Shown: positions 11,175-21,109 of the stretch, piece after piece | Position numbering within the stretch: the stretch's first letter is position 1 | Layout: the number at the start of each line of letters is the position of its first letter | Assembly: GCA_963745835.1 (NCBI GenBank) | Contig: CAVUZH010000013.1 | Coordinates: 448,001-512,000 of the forward strand | Source: an uncultured delta proteobacterium | GTDB lineage: Bacteria; Desulfobacterota; Binatia; UBA9968 | Direction of reading: 5' to 3' | Length of the DNA: 64,000 nt | Program-made: the position numbers and the translations under genes | Notes under the pieces: generated by a model | What the model saw: the letters and a program-made list of their open reading frames with translations, nothing else | Database searches by the model: none | Told to the model about the DNA's origin: nothing

Positions 11175-11426
11175 CTATTGTTTAGCTTTTAGCTGTTGGT
11201 CATTGTCTTTGAGAAAGGAACGGATCTCCTCGGCATGGTCAAGAAGCCTGACCCACTGCTCCTTGTAAAGAGTCACGGGAAACCTGCCGAGGCCATAGAG
11301 CGATAGGCCGCCTTTTTCGCTGACCTTCAGCCGCAACTGACCGGGCTTTCGCTCCACCTGTTGGCGTAGCGCCCGATTTTCGGCCTCGAGCCGCGCCAGC
11401 TTCTGCTCCGCTGTTTCTTCTGCCAT
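11175..11426 (-). CDS. Small conserved hypothetical protein (coiled coil + KVSEKGG...GLGRFPVTLYKEQW domain)
   Basis: 83 aa from ATG 11426 with GGAGG RBS; protein-like composition with heptad N-terminus. Confidence 0.8.
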   Translation of the reverse strand: MAEETAEQKLARLEAENRALRQQVERKPGQLRLKVSEKGGLSLYGLGRFPVTLYKEQWVRLLDHAEEIRSFLKDNDQQLKAKQ

Positions 11427-11628
11427 AATTCCTCCGATACCTTTAGGGCTGTAAGTGAAAACCGTTACCTTATGAAACCGATCACAGGACAGCTGCACGT
11501 TCTCAAAAACAATTTCTTATCTTAAAGCGCCGGAGAACGCGAGATCGATGCGTCACTTCGTGCTGTAAAAACCCGCAAGGCGGCTGCCTAAGAATTTTCG
11601 GGACGCTTGAAAAATAAGGACTCACACC

Positions 11629-12720
11629 ATGATTGCTTCAATCAAACCCGTGATCGTGGTCGAGGACGATTCGTTTCTACGGGTGATCAAGCTCGTTCTC
11701 GACCCCACTGCGCCCGGCGAGCTATTCGAGGCCTTCGCTCATTTCTGCGCCCATGATCTGCCGGATTTTCGCGCTTGGTGCGAGCAAGTCCGCGCCAATG
11801 TGCGTCACTTGTATCCGGCAGATATCCGGCTGGTGCGGGGCTGCGACGAATTGCTGGCAAATATTCCTGGAGCGAACGCGCTGGTGGTCGAAGCGTTGCC
11901 GGTCGGCGTTCAAGAGATTGCCGCAGCGGGCGGCACTCTGCGGCTAATCCAGAGATATGGCACCCTTACTCGTAACATCGACGAAGTCGCGTGCAGTAGC
12001 GCCGGGATTCAGGTAAAAACTCTCCGGCGCCGCGCTAATATTTCCACCGCCGAGCAAGCGCTGGCACTGATGCTTGCTTTGGCCCGCCAGCTCAATCAGA
12101 ACGCGAATTTAATCAGCATCGAGCAGTTAGAGGCAGCGGGCTATACACCGACTCAGTATGACCGCGAGCGAACCCCCAACGGCAACTGGGCGCGAATCAC
12201 CGGACTCAAAACCCTTTTTGGTCGGCAATTGGGCATCATTGGATTCGGGGAAATCGGCCGTGAGCTCGCGCTACGGGCATCGGCGCTAGGCATGCGCATC
12301 ATCTATCACCAGCGCCATAGTCTCGTGGCCGCAGAAGAACAGCGCTATCAGGTGAACTATTCGTCCATGGGACTGCTTCTCGAAACATCCGACTGCATCA
12401 GCCTGCATCTTCCCCGTGGAGCGGAAACTCGCGGCATCATCGGACGCGCCGAGCTTGAGAACATCAAACCGGGCGCGCTGCTCATCAATGTATCACAACC
12501 TTCTCTCATCGACCGCGCCGCTCTATTGGATGCTCTCAAATCTGGCCGGTTGGGCGGTTTCGCAATGGATAGCTTTTATGAAGAGCCTGCAGATCCCAAT
12601 GATCCGCTGATAAAGTTTAGAAATGTCATTATTACCCCTCACCTGGCTGGTTCACCCAGGTCGAATTCCCTCGACGATATAGCAGAGTTGCTGGACAATC
12701 TGGCGGACGGCTTGTCATAG
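11629..12720 (+). CDS. D-isomer-specific 2-hydroxyacid dehydrogenase family protein
   Basis: GIIGFGEIG, ISLHLP, EEP, TPHLAG; AGGA RBS. Confidence 0.88.
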   Translation: MIASIKPVIVVEDDSFLRVIKLVLDPTAPGELFEAFAHFCAHDLPDFRAWCEQVRANVRHLYPADIRLVRGCDELLANIPGANALVVEALPVGVQEIAAAGGTLRLIQRYGTLTRNIDEVACSSAGIQVKTLRRRANISTAEQALALMLALARQLNQNANLISIEQLEAAGYTPTQYDRERTPNGNWARITGLKTLFGRQLGIIGFGEIGRELALRASALGMRIIYHQRHSLVAAEEQRYQVNYSSMGLLLETSDCISLHLPRGAETRGIIGRAELENIKPGALLINVSQPSLIDRAALLDALKSGRLGGFAMDSFYEEPADPNDPLIKFRNVIITPHLAGSPRSNSLDDIAELLDNLADGLS

Positions 12721-12941
12721 TCAGCGCTTTGATGGCGAGTTCGAATTAGAAGTACCGACAAGTACGAAGCGGATTGACGCTCTCCATTAGATGAAGACAA
12801 TCTGGCGGCGAACTTGATACCCATCTTAACTCCGGTTTATATATAAGCTTCGAAAGAACGGACCCGTTATTTCAGAAAAGCCCTTTTGTTTGGGCGTTAC
12901 TGTTTTCGACAGTGCTGATTGTTATATTCATAGGAGGATGC

Positions 12942-14027
12942 ATGAGCAGCTCACTGGCAACCAGAATTATTGACGGCGACGGTCATATTATCGAGGACCA
13001 TGCGGGAATTATCGCGCATATGGAGACTCCCTATCGGGAAATCGCCAACCGCAAGGGCATCGTATTTCCGCCACTGGATCATCTTCATACCGGCCGGGCC
13101 GTGGAAACACCGCCACAGCGCGATCAGCGCCCTAACGTTGGACCCAAAGGGTGGCTCGACTTCCTGGATGATGTCGGGATTGACTGGACGGTGCTTTACC
13201 CGACCACGGCTCTGTCTTACGGCAAGATCGTCAGTCTGGACTATGCTGTTGCCGCTGCGCGCGCTTACAACGATTGGCTTTGCGAAACCTACGTCAAATA
13301 CAATCCGCGGTTTAAGGGCATGGCGATCATTCCCATGCAAGATCCGGACGAAGCCGCCAAAGAGCTGCGCCGCGCGGTGACGGAATTGGGAATGTTGGGT
13401 GCCATGATGCCTTCCAACGGTTTGCCGCAGCCGTTAGGCGCCAAGGCGTACTGGCCGATTTACGCCGAGGCCGACCGACTCGGCTGCTGCCTTGCTGTCC
13501 ATGGCGGCGCGCATGATCGTTTCGGCATGGATCACATGAATATGTATGTTCCGGTACATGCGTTAGGTCATCCGTGGGGATTGACCTTCAACTGCGCCAA
13601 TATCGTTTACAACGGTATCTTCGATCGCTTCCCGAGAGTGCGCATCGCCTTTCTCGAAGGCGGGGTGGCTTGGCTCCTGCTATTATTGGAACGCCTCCAT
13701 GCATCGCACGAGACCCATTTTCAGTATATTCCGCCGTCCGAATTCGGCATACGAGAAGAAGACGATCCTGGCAAATACATTAAAAAACAAATCCAGGAAG
13801 GGCGCTTTTTCCTCGGCATCGAAACCGAGGAACTCACTCTTCCTTTTGCCATCAAGATCGTCGGCAATTCGCCATTTCTCTACTCTTCTGATTTTCCCCA
13901 CGAGGTCACCAACGAAAGCTGCAAGCATGATCTTGGCGAGCTGATGGAGAGTGATGAGATCAGCGCGGCAGATAAAGCCGCAATGCTGTACAAGAACGCC
14001 GAAAGGTTCTACAAGCTCCCGCTATAG
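12942..14027 (+). CDS. Amidohydrolase family 2 (LigI/ACMSD-like) protein
   Basis: IIDGDGH, YNDWL, AVHGG, FLEGG, SSDFPH; AGGAGG RBS before ATG 12942. Confidence 0.9.
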   Translation: MSSSLATRIIDGDGHIIEDHAGIIAHMETPYREIANRKGIVFPPLDHLHTGRAVETPPQRDQRPNVGPKGWLDFLDDVGIDWTVLYPTTALSYGKIVSLDYAVAAARAYNDWLCETYVKYNPRFKGMAIIPMQDPDEAAKELRRAVTELGMLGAMMPSNGLPQPLGAKAYWPIYAEADRLGCCLAVHGGAHDRFGMDHMNMYVPVHALGHPWGLTFNCANIVYNGIFDRFPRVRIAFLEGGVAWLLLLLERLHASHETHFQYIPPSEFGIREEDDPGKYIKKQIQEGRFFLGIETEELTLPFAIKIVGNSPFLYSSDFPHEVTNESCKHDLGELMESDEISAADKAAMLYKNAERFYKLPL

Positions 14028-14188
14028 ATGAGAGTTACTGAAGCGAGACCCTGAAGTTCCGTGAATTACACGGCGAAGCTATTCTGAGTCGGCGCTGAAT
14101 ACCGGCGGATTCTGTAGGTGTATTGCACAGCAGGAACTTTCTTATTTAATCAATCAACTATCCCCGCGAAGCTGGAGGTTTGCTATTC

Positions 14189-15274
14189 ATGAGCGACTGT
14201 CGCGCTGCCGTTGTCACCGCCCATAATCAACCACTGACGATTGAGCGAGTGCCGATTCCTGACCTTGAACCCGGAGCGCTGCTGGTCAAAATCGCCGCCT
14301 CTACTCTGTGCGGCACGGACGTACATCGCTGGCATGGACCGCTGGGAGAGGGGGACAGCTTGCCGATCATCACCGGCCATGAACCCTGCGGTTACATCGA
14401 AGAAATCAACGGAGAACGCACCGATATTTTAGGTCAACCGGTGAAGCGCGGCGATCGCATCGTCTGGAGCTATGTCGCTTGCGGGAGCTGCTACTACTGC
14501 ACCGTCGCGTTGCAGCCTTGCATCTGTCCAGGGCGCGCCTCCTGGGGGCATAACCGCAGCGATCAGTATCCCTATCTGCTGGGTAGCTGCGCCGAATATA
14601 TGTATGTGCCGCCTCCTTGTCTGATTATCAAAGTGCCTGAAGAGGTGTCATCCGCTTCGGCGGCGGCTTCCGCTTGTGCGTATCGCACCGTGATGCATGG
14701 CTTTGACCGGTTGGGGGCAATTAAGAGCAACGAGACGGTGGTGATTCAAGGCAGCGGACCCTTAGGCAACTTTGCGACCGCAGTTGCCAAAGATCATGGC
14801 GCCAAAAAAGTATTGGTTATTGGTGCGCCCGCGGTTCGTCTGGAAGTCACCCGTCGCATGGGCGCGGATGCGGTATTGAACTTGGAGGAGGTCACCGACG
14901 CCAAAGACCGTCGGCAATGGGTGCACGATCATACCGACGGCCGGGGCGGTGATGTTGTGATCCAGGTCGCCAACAATATGGCGGTGCCCGAGGGACTCAC
15001 GTTGCTTCGCGGCGGCGGGCGCTACTTGAATATCGGCGCCGGCGGCAAAGCCAATATCGCGGTAGAGCGCCTGCCGCAAGAAATGACGCTAGTGACCGTC
15101 AGATCCGCTGAACCGCGTCACTGGTTGCAAGCCATCGATTTTTTGGCGTCGCGCAGGGATCGATTTCCGTTCGAGGCGATGATTACGGCGCGCTACGATC
15201 TCGAACACGTAAACGACGCGCTTCAAGCCATGGCGAGTTACCAGGTGGTAAAAGCCGTCATCGATCTCAACTGA
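14189..15274 (+). CDS. Zinc-dependent alcohol dehydrogenase (MDR family)
   Basis: CGTDVH, GHE, structural zinc motif CGSCYYC...C, GSGPLG. Confidence 0.92.
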   Translation: MSDCRAAVVTAHNQPLTIERVPIPDLEPGALLVKIAASTLCGTDVHRWHGPLGEGDSLPIITGHEPCGYIEEINGERTDILGQPVKRGDRIVWSYVACGSCYYCTVALQPCICPGRASWGHNRSDQYPYLLGSCAEYMYVPPPCLIIKVPEEVSSASAAASACAYRTVMHGFDRLGAIKSNETVVIQGSGPLGNFATAVAKDHGAKKVLVIGAPAVRLEVTRRMGADAVLNLEEVTDAKDRRQWVHDHTDGRGGDVVIQVANNMAVPEGLTLLRGGGRYLNIGAGGKANIAVERLPQEMTLVTVRSAEPRHWLQAIDFLASRRDRFPFEAMITARYDLEHVNDALQAMASYQVVKAVIDLN

Positions 15275-15377
15275 GATTACGGCGCGAGCCGACTTTTACT
15301 TTAGATCGGACGGACTTTCATCTCAAGGTAAGAAGAATGTAGATCGAAGAGGCAGTGTCGGTTAACCAGCAGCCTGA

Positions 15378-15414
15378 AGCGGTCCGGCGGCTAAACCATA
15401 GCCGCCGGACCGCT
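15378..15414. terminator. Strong hairpin between convergent genes, probable terminator
   Basis: Perfect 16-bp stem AGCGGTCCGGCGGCTA / TAGCCGCCGGACCGCT with a 5-nt loop; no clear U tract. Confidence 0.6.
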
Positions 15415-15441
15415 GCTTCAATTCATTCATGTAATTGAAAG

Positions 15442-15609
15442 TCAGACTGGCGGCGAACGCCTGCCCATGACCAAGCTCACTAAAAACAGAACCAAGAATA
15501 CCACGAACAGAATCCAGGCAATCTGAGTTGCTGCGCCAGCAATGCCGGAAAGACCTAGAAGGCCAGCGATCAGACCGATGACTAGAAATGTGATACTCCA
15601 GCTAAGCAT
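15442..15609 (-). CDS. DUF1328 / UPF0391 (YtjA-like) small membrane protein
   Basis: Below the ORF-track cutoff. Manual translation [55 protein letters not shown] (55 aa); AAGGAG RBS. Confidence 0.9.
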   Translation of the reverse strand: MLSWSITFLVIGLIAGLLGLSGIAGAATQIAWILFVVFLVLFLVSLVMGRRSPPV

Positions 15610-15681
15610 AATGTTCTCCTTTTCCCTTGGGTTTCCTCAACAGCACACCCCGACACTTCCTCGAATAGATAACGTTGGTTA

Positions 15682-16242
15682 TCAACCTGCCTCTTCCGTG
15701 CCAGCTTCCTGATACAACGGTTCGATCCGAACCAGTGTTAAACCTGACTCGACAAAGCCCAAGGCGTTAGCCGCCGCACGGGAGAGATCGATGACCCGAT
15801 CGCCGACATAAGGTCCGCGATCATTTATCTCTACCTCCACACTGTTGCCATTCTCCAGATTTGTGACTTTTGCTTTTGTGCCTAGGGGAAGTGTCTTATG
15901 TGCTGCCGTTAGCCTACCCTGGTCGAAAATTTCTCCGCTAGCGGTTTTCTTCCCGTGAAATCCGGGCCCATACCATGACGCTTGGCCCCGTATTACTTTT
16001 TTCTTCGAAGTCTCACGACTATTTGCTTGACGCACCGCTTTTCCTTGAGCCCGCTTATTCTTAGCAGGCACAGCTGCATCCTCCAGGGTCGCCGCTTCCG
16101 CCGATTGAGGTTTTACACCCATCAGAGATCCCGGCAAAAGGCTGCCACCCTGAATCAGTGAGGAAGCCAATAAAAAGACCATCCCCAATGAAGGCTGGTT
16201 TCGACAAGAATACGCGTCGTTGAGTTCTTCAGACGAAGGCAT
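15682..16242 (-). CDS. rlpA: RlpA-like lytic transglycosylase (DPBB domain)
   Basis: GQASWYG, TASGE, TAAHKTLP, INDRGPY, IDLS; start at ATG 16242 behind GGAGG. Confidence 0.85.
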   Translation of the reverse strand: MPSSEELNDAYSCRNQPSLGMVFLLASSLIQGGSLLPGSLMGVKPQSAEAATLEDAAVPAKNKRAQGKAVRQANSRETSKKKVIRGQASWYGPGFHGKKTASGEIFDQGRLTAAHKTLPLGTKAKVTNLENGNSVEVEINDRGPYVGDRVIDLSRAAANALGFVESGLTLVRIEPLYQEAGTEEAG

Positions 16243-16324
16243 ATCTCTTCCCTCCAGTTGTGTGATCGTTTCCATGGTGACCATGTCGTGCTTGAATTTT
16301 GGGCTAGCCTGAACGAAGACTAAG

Positions 16325-16340
16325 GCAAGAGGCGTGCCGG
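16325..16340 (-). promoter_or_regulatory. Sigma-54 (-24/-12) promoter upstream of rlpA-DUF1328
   Basis: Minus strand reads CCGGCACGCCTCTTGC, matching GGCACG-N4-TTGC with exact GG-N10-GC spacing, about 80 bp upstream of the start codon. Confidence 0.6.
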
Positions 16341-16628
16341 TTGACGAAAAAAGTCACATAAGCTATCGATATTTAAGCCATTTCCGAAGGCAGCAGATCA
16401 GGAACCCGACAATGCCTGTACTGAATAACCTACAAGCAGCCGCATGGACGGGTCATCAACTATTGCTCTTTGCCCTCGGCCGAGCTGCCGGTGAGCAAAA
16501 TTGGCACAGCGAGCCTGTTAATTTACCTACTGTTAGGCATAGAAATTCGAGTGCTAGTCAGCGTTGCCGCCAACTGTCTTGGAAATGAGACACAGATCAG
16601 TGGGTATAACGGTTTTGTTGGACGGGGT

Positions 16629-18377
16629 TTATCTTAAGGGATCTTTGCAAATAACGTTGAGCATCGCCTGGCGCTTTTCTTCCCCTACGACTTTCAACGC
16701 GCGCTTTAGCGCGCCCGGGAGCGCTTCCGGTTCTTCGACACGCTCGGCGTACGCGCCGCAAGCTTGCGCCGTTAATTCGAACTTTGGCGACGGACTCAAA
16801 TCCGTTCCCGGAAAGTTGCCGGTCTTTTGAGCGATACCGTCAGGAAAGAGTCCGCGCGCAGCGTTGAGGCTCGCATTCCAAGCTTGGTTGTTGTAGACCA
16901 CCGTTAGAAATGGAACGCGATATTTCTGCGCCGTGAAATGACATGCAGTTGGCGCGCAGAACATATAGGAGCCATCTCCTTCTGCTGCAATGACGGTTGC
17001 TTCAGGAGCTCCCAACTTTACACCGATCGCCGCGCCCAGACCCCAACCGAGATGCCCCGCTAGTGGCGTGCCGAATTGAGAACCTGGGCGGTTCAAATGA
17101 ATAACATCGGCAAGTTTCGACGTCACGGTTTCGTTGACAATGATAGTCTTTTCATCGACCACATCACCGATACACTTTGACACCCACAACGGACTGATCG
17201 GCTGTTCATTTTTAACTGCGTCGATGCTGGCTTCGACTTGACGCCACATCGCATGATGCTCGGCTTCTATCCTCTTGCGGCGTTCTTCGAGATGATTCTG
17301 TTTCGTCTTGCTCTTTTGGAGCTTCAATCTAACCATCGAGGTCAGCGCCGGCAACGATATTTCCGAGCAGCCCGTTATCGGCAAGTCGGCAGGGAAGCCC
17401 CAGCCGGGAATGCCGGTGAACAGCGGATCGCGCTCAAGATGGACGATTTTCGCATCGGATCGGATAAAACGCCGGCTTGGCGGTTCCCATGGCACATCGG
17501 TATCGATGAAAAAAAGCACATCGGCTTCTTTGGAATGCTGAATCGTTTGCACTCCGAGGTAGAGCGGATGATCGGTGGGAAAATTGACGTAACTCATTTG
17601 TTGCACCACCGGAATGGCGAGTAGTTCAGCAAGCTCTACGAGTAGCGGCACCGCTTCGGGATTGCGCCCAAGATACTTTGTCACGATCAGCGGACGTTCC
17701 GCGGCTATGAGAAGTCCAGCGGCCTGCTCTAACGCGGCATCATCAGCCTGCATTTTGGTGGAGGGCACCAAAGAATCCGATGACAACTCCGTCGACTCCA
17801 ACGCTTCGCACAGCCATTCCCGGGGCAAGGTTAAATAGACCGGACCGCGCGGCTCGCTCATCGCGATCTTAAAAGCGCGCGATACCACGGCGGCGAGGTT
17901 CTGATTGGTTCTCACCTCGTAATCCCATTTGACGAACTCGCGCACGATGTTTCCTTGATCGCGCGACTCCTGCCGCCAATGAATATTCTGGCTTTTGCCA
18001 CCGCGCAGCTCTCCTTCGGTGATCGGTGTTCTGCCCGCCACCAGCAACACCGGAACGTTTGCCGACTGAGCATTGATGATCCCGCCTAGGGCATTGGCGG
18101 TCCCCGGCAACGTATGCACCAAAACCATTTGCGGCTTCTGCGTGACGTTGTAATAACCATGCGCCATGGAGACCGCAGCCAACTCGTGCGGGACGACGAT
18201 GGGCTGAAGATCGTTAGGATCTTCGGTCGCGGTTTTTGCCAGAGCTTCTATGATCGGGCCATGATCAGTTCCGGTGTTGGCGAAGAGATAGCGGACCACC
18301 CCAAGCGCGCGCACGTGCGCCAGGAACGCCTCAGCCCCGGTGGACACCGGCATTGACTTTACTTTGTCTTTACTCAT
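16629..18377 (-). CDS. Thiamine diphosphate-dependent enzyme (acetolactate synthase/benzoylformate decarboxylase-like)
   Basis: PHE catalytic Glu, PRGPVYL, ThDP motif GDGS...NN. Confidence 0.9.
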   Translation of the reverse strand: MSKDKVKSMPVSTGAEAFLAHVRALGVVRYLFANTGTDHGPIIEALAKTATEDPNDLQPIVVPHELAAVSMAHGYYNVTQKPQMVLVHTLPGTANALGGIINAQSANVPVLLVAGRTPITEGELRGGKSQNIHWRQESRDQGNIVREFVKWDYEVRTNQNLAAVVSRAFKIAMSEPRGPVYLTLPREWLCEALESTELSSDSLVPSTKMQADDAALEQAAGLLIAAERPLIVTKYLGRNPEAVPLLVELAELLAIPVVQQMSYVNFPTDHPLYLGVQTIQHSKEADVLFFIDTDVPWEPPSRRFIRSDAKIVHLERDPLFTGIPGWGFPADLPITGCSEISLPALTSMVRLKLQKSKTKQNHLEERRKRIEAEHHAMWRQVEASIDAVKNEQPISPLWVSKCIGDVVDEKTIIVNETVTSKLADVIHLNRPGSQFGTPLAGHLGWGLGAAIGVKLGAPEATVIAAEGDGSYMFCAPTACHFTAQKYRVPFLTVVYNNQAWNASLNAARGLFPDGIAQKTGNFPGTDLSPSPKFELTAQACGAYAERVEEPEALPGALKRALKVVGEEKRQAMLNVICKDPLR

Positions 18378-18633
18378 GAGTAATTTTTCCTTCCCCAAGT
18401 ATCGGCGGACAGGCCCGCCGGTGAATCGATAACTCAGAAAACTCTAGCATTCATGCTTGGCTGTCCGGCAGATTACATGGGATGTTTGGAGAGCGTCAAG
18501 TACGCAGCCCCGTCCCGCGCAACTCGCGCTCCACGCTGCGCCAACGAACTTGACAAACTTTTCATAAATGAAAGATTAAAATGATCCATTCAGGATGGAT
18601 CGCACTCTCAAACAGTGATCAGGAGGAAGGACA

Positions 18634-18870
18634 ATGGAGACGTGGAGACCGGAAGAGATCGGTGCCACTGCAGGAAAGGTATGGAACTTTTTGCATAGTC
18701 GCGGTGAATCAAGCTTAAGCGCGGTAGAACGCGGAGTGGGCGCGCCGAAACAGCTGGTATGCATGGCCGTTGGTTGGCTTGCGCGGGAAGGAAAAGTTGC
18801 GCTACGGCAGGAAAAACGCTCGTTGCAACTGTGTCTGACCGACGGCGAGCAAAATTCTCGCATGCAGTAA
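18634..18870 (+). CDS. Winged helix-turn-helix protein (DUF2582 family)
   Basis: IGATAGKVWNFL...MAVGWLAREGKV signature; AGGA RBS. Confidence 0.85.
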   Translation: METWRPEEIGATAGKVWNFLHSRGESSLSAVERGVGAPKQLVCMAVGWLAREGKVALRQEKRSLQLCLTDGEQNSRMQ

Positions 18871-18995
18871 CAATGGCGACGGAGTGTCGCGCGTTCACGC
18901 CCGTAAAGACGCATAAACGAAAATAATTTTCTCAACAAACAAGCAAGAGCGTTGGAAGCTAAGGCTTCGCATTCATTCTGAGTTAACCTCGGCCT

Positions 18996-20132
18996 TTAAA
19001 ACTTCACCTTGCCTGCATACCCGGTCATTTCGACATAGCCTGATCCGGCGATGGGTTTGTTTCGGAGCGTTCCTTTAACTTGCACAGCGCCCTCCCAGTA
19101 AGTAACCCGCGTGCTTCTATTCGTGATCAGTTCTTGTTCCGCGAAGTGCGGAGCGATTTCTAAGTCGATTTGCTCACCAGGGATGATCACTTTCCATTTT
19201 ATAGGATACTCAGCAGCACTCGTGGGACTTTGCCAACGCGCGAGGACATCTATTCGATAGTCCTTCAGCGCCAGGTGCCGGGTTGTACCATCGGCATAAA
19301 CAACCGTTCCATGTGAGTACGGATCGACGGAGCCATCCTTCCGGCGCATGAGATAAAGCATAATTTCGCTTCGATTCTCGAGCTGAATACTAAACCAGTC
19401 CCAGCCGAGCTGATCTTCGCCGAGCTGGTTGCTGCCAAACTCGTGATCCATCCAAGTCAAACCGCGAACCTTCTCCCGTTTGCCGCCGACTATGAGTTCT
19501 CCTTCTGCCTGCATTCGGGTCAACGAATAATAATATGAGGCCCGGCCTTCCCCCTGGCCTTTTTGGCTGTATCCATTTTGACCATGCAGTACCGGTGGCT
19601 TGAGCGACTTTAGCTCCAGCTGGAGTTCGGTGCCGCGGTCGTTCACCGAAATTTTGTGGTTATCTCGATCGCCTTCCACAGACCAGTCTTCGTTCCAAAC
19701 AAAGAACCGGTCGGTCTTGGCGCCAGCCTTGTCGCCAATGCCGCGATTGATGCGCTCGCGAAAAAGAAAATTCTTGCCCGAGATGTTCGATAGAGCGAAA
19801 TGCGCCATGTACAATTCAGTAAACAGCGGAGTCTCTTTGATATTGGACTGTCGATCCCGGACGCCGAATCGGAAGAATGTGACTTGATATCCGAAGCGCT
19901 GACCGCTTTCCGCTTGAAGGTGACCGGTGTAGTACCACCATTCGGTTTTGAAATCAGGATGTGAATAGTGATCAGCGGGAAATGACAGGGTTCTGCCGGG
20001 GAGCGCGAGTTGATAACTGAAAGTGGAAGGAGTCTTTTCACTCTGAGCCCGGCCTTTTACCGGAGGAGAGAGGGTAAAAACGAGAAGCAGGATTAGAAAC
20101 CCTATCTGATGGAGAATTCTTTTGGCTTTCAT
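18996..20132 (-). CDS. Secreted lipocalin-like CrtC/AttH family protein
   Basis: Signal peptide; HPDFKTEWWYYTG, SYYYS, WMDHEF, GWDWF, YWEG, GYVEMTGY. Confidence 0.88.
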   Translation of the reverse strand: MKAKRILHQIGFLILLLVFTLSPPVKGRAQSEKTPSTFSYQLALPGRTLSFPADHYSHPDFKTEWWYYTGHLQAESGQRFGYQVTFFRFGVRDRQSNIKETPLFTELYMAHFALSNISGKNFLFRERINRGIGDKAGAKTDRFFVWNEDWSVEGDRDNHKISVNDRGTELQLELKSLKPPVLHGQNGYSQKGQGEGRASYYYSLTRMQAEGELIVGGKREKVRGLTWMDHEFGSNQLGEDQLGWDWFSIQLENRSEIMLYLMRRKDGSVDPYSHGTVVYADGTTRHLALKDYRIDVLARWQSPTSAAEYPIKWKVIIPGEQIDLEIAPHFAEQELITNRSTRVTYWEGAVQVKGTLRNKPIAGSGYVEMTGYAGKVKF

Positions 20133-20181
20133 ATCGTTTCAATAATTGCGGATTCTTTTCGACTAATGCTATAGGGAGAGT

Positions 20182-21015
20182 ATGGAAAAACAATACACAC
20201 GAGAAACGCTCCTGATAACTGCCGAGGCGCTAAAGGGTAAGTCGGGTTCTGAGGATCTTTGTTTGATCGATGTGCGGCCGGCCGAGGATTTTGCTCAGGG
20301 CCACATACCGGGCGCGGTTCATTTTGATTTGTTCGGGCTCAGTCTCATCGATACGACTGAGGCGCCGCTGAAAGCTTTTATGCACATGATCCATCACGTA
20401 CTGGAACTGCGCGGCGTTAGCGAAAACAAAGAAGTGGTCGTCTATGAGAATAACTCGGGGATGCGCGCCGCGCGGGCGCTCTGGTTCCTGGACTACTTCG
20501 GCCATCCCAATGCGCGCATGCTCGACGGCGGCATCCAGGCGTGGAAAGCGGCGGGGTTTGCGACGACCACGGAAGTAACTTCCCCCAAAGGTGCCGGTTT
20601 CAAAATCAGCGAGCACCGCGAAGTTCTAGCTACCGCTGACGACGTCCTTCAATCGCTCAACAAAAAGGATGTTTCAATCCTTGACACCCGAAGCCGCGCC
20701 GAATACGTCGGCGCGCAAATTCGAGCGGCCCGAGGCGGAGCCATCCCTGGCGCGATTCATATCGAATGGACCGATAACCTGGACGCCAGCGGCAAATTCA
20801 AACCTGATGCCGAGCTGAAAGCCATGTACAGCCGGGCTGGCATAACGGCGGACAAAGAAGTGATCTCATACTGCCAAGGGGGCTACCGGGCCGCGCATAG
20901 TTACGTTGCGCTCCGCTTAATCGGCTTTCCGAAAATTCGCAACTACATCGGTTCCTGGAAGGAATGGGGTGACCGCTCCGATCTTCCGATCGATCAGCCG
21001 TCCGGGCAGAAGTAA
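20182..21015 (+). CDS. Tandem-rhodanese sulfurtransferase
   Basis: GHIPGA, LDGG, active-site loop YCQGGYRA, YIGSWKEW. Confidence 0.92.
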   Translation: MEKQYTRETLLITAEALKGKSGSEDLCLIDVRPAEDFAQGHIPGAVHFDLFGLSLIDTTEAPLKAFMHMIHHVLELRGVSENKEVVVYENNSGMRAARALWFLDYFGHPNARMLDGGIQAWKAAGFATTTEVTSPKGAGFKISEHREVLATADDVLQSLNKKDVSILDTRSRAEYVGAQIRAARGGAIPGAIHIEWTDNLDASGKFKPDAELKAMYSRAGITADKEVISYCQGGYRAAHSYVALRLIGFPKIRNYIGSWKEWGDRSDLPIDQPSGQK

Positions 21016-21109
21016 ATAAAATTAACTAAGTTGCAGGAGGTCTATCAATCCGACAGGGATGCAAAATTTGCGTACCAAGCGGGATAAGCGTGACCGCTAG
21101 TGCGACTTT

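Noticed and set aside
21058-21080. Sigma-54-like TTGGTACG...TTGC on the minus strand
   Set aside because: GG-to-GC spacing is 12 rather than 10, and it points into the 3' end of a gene.
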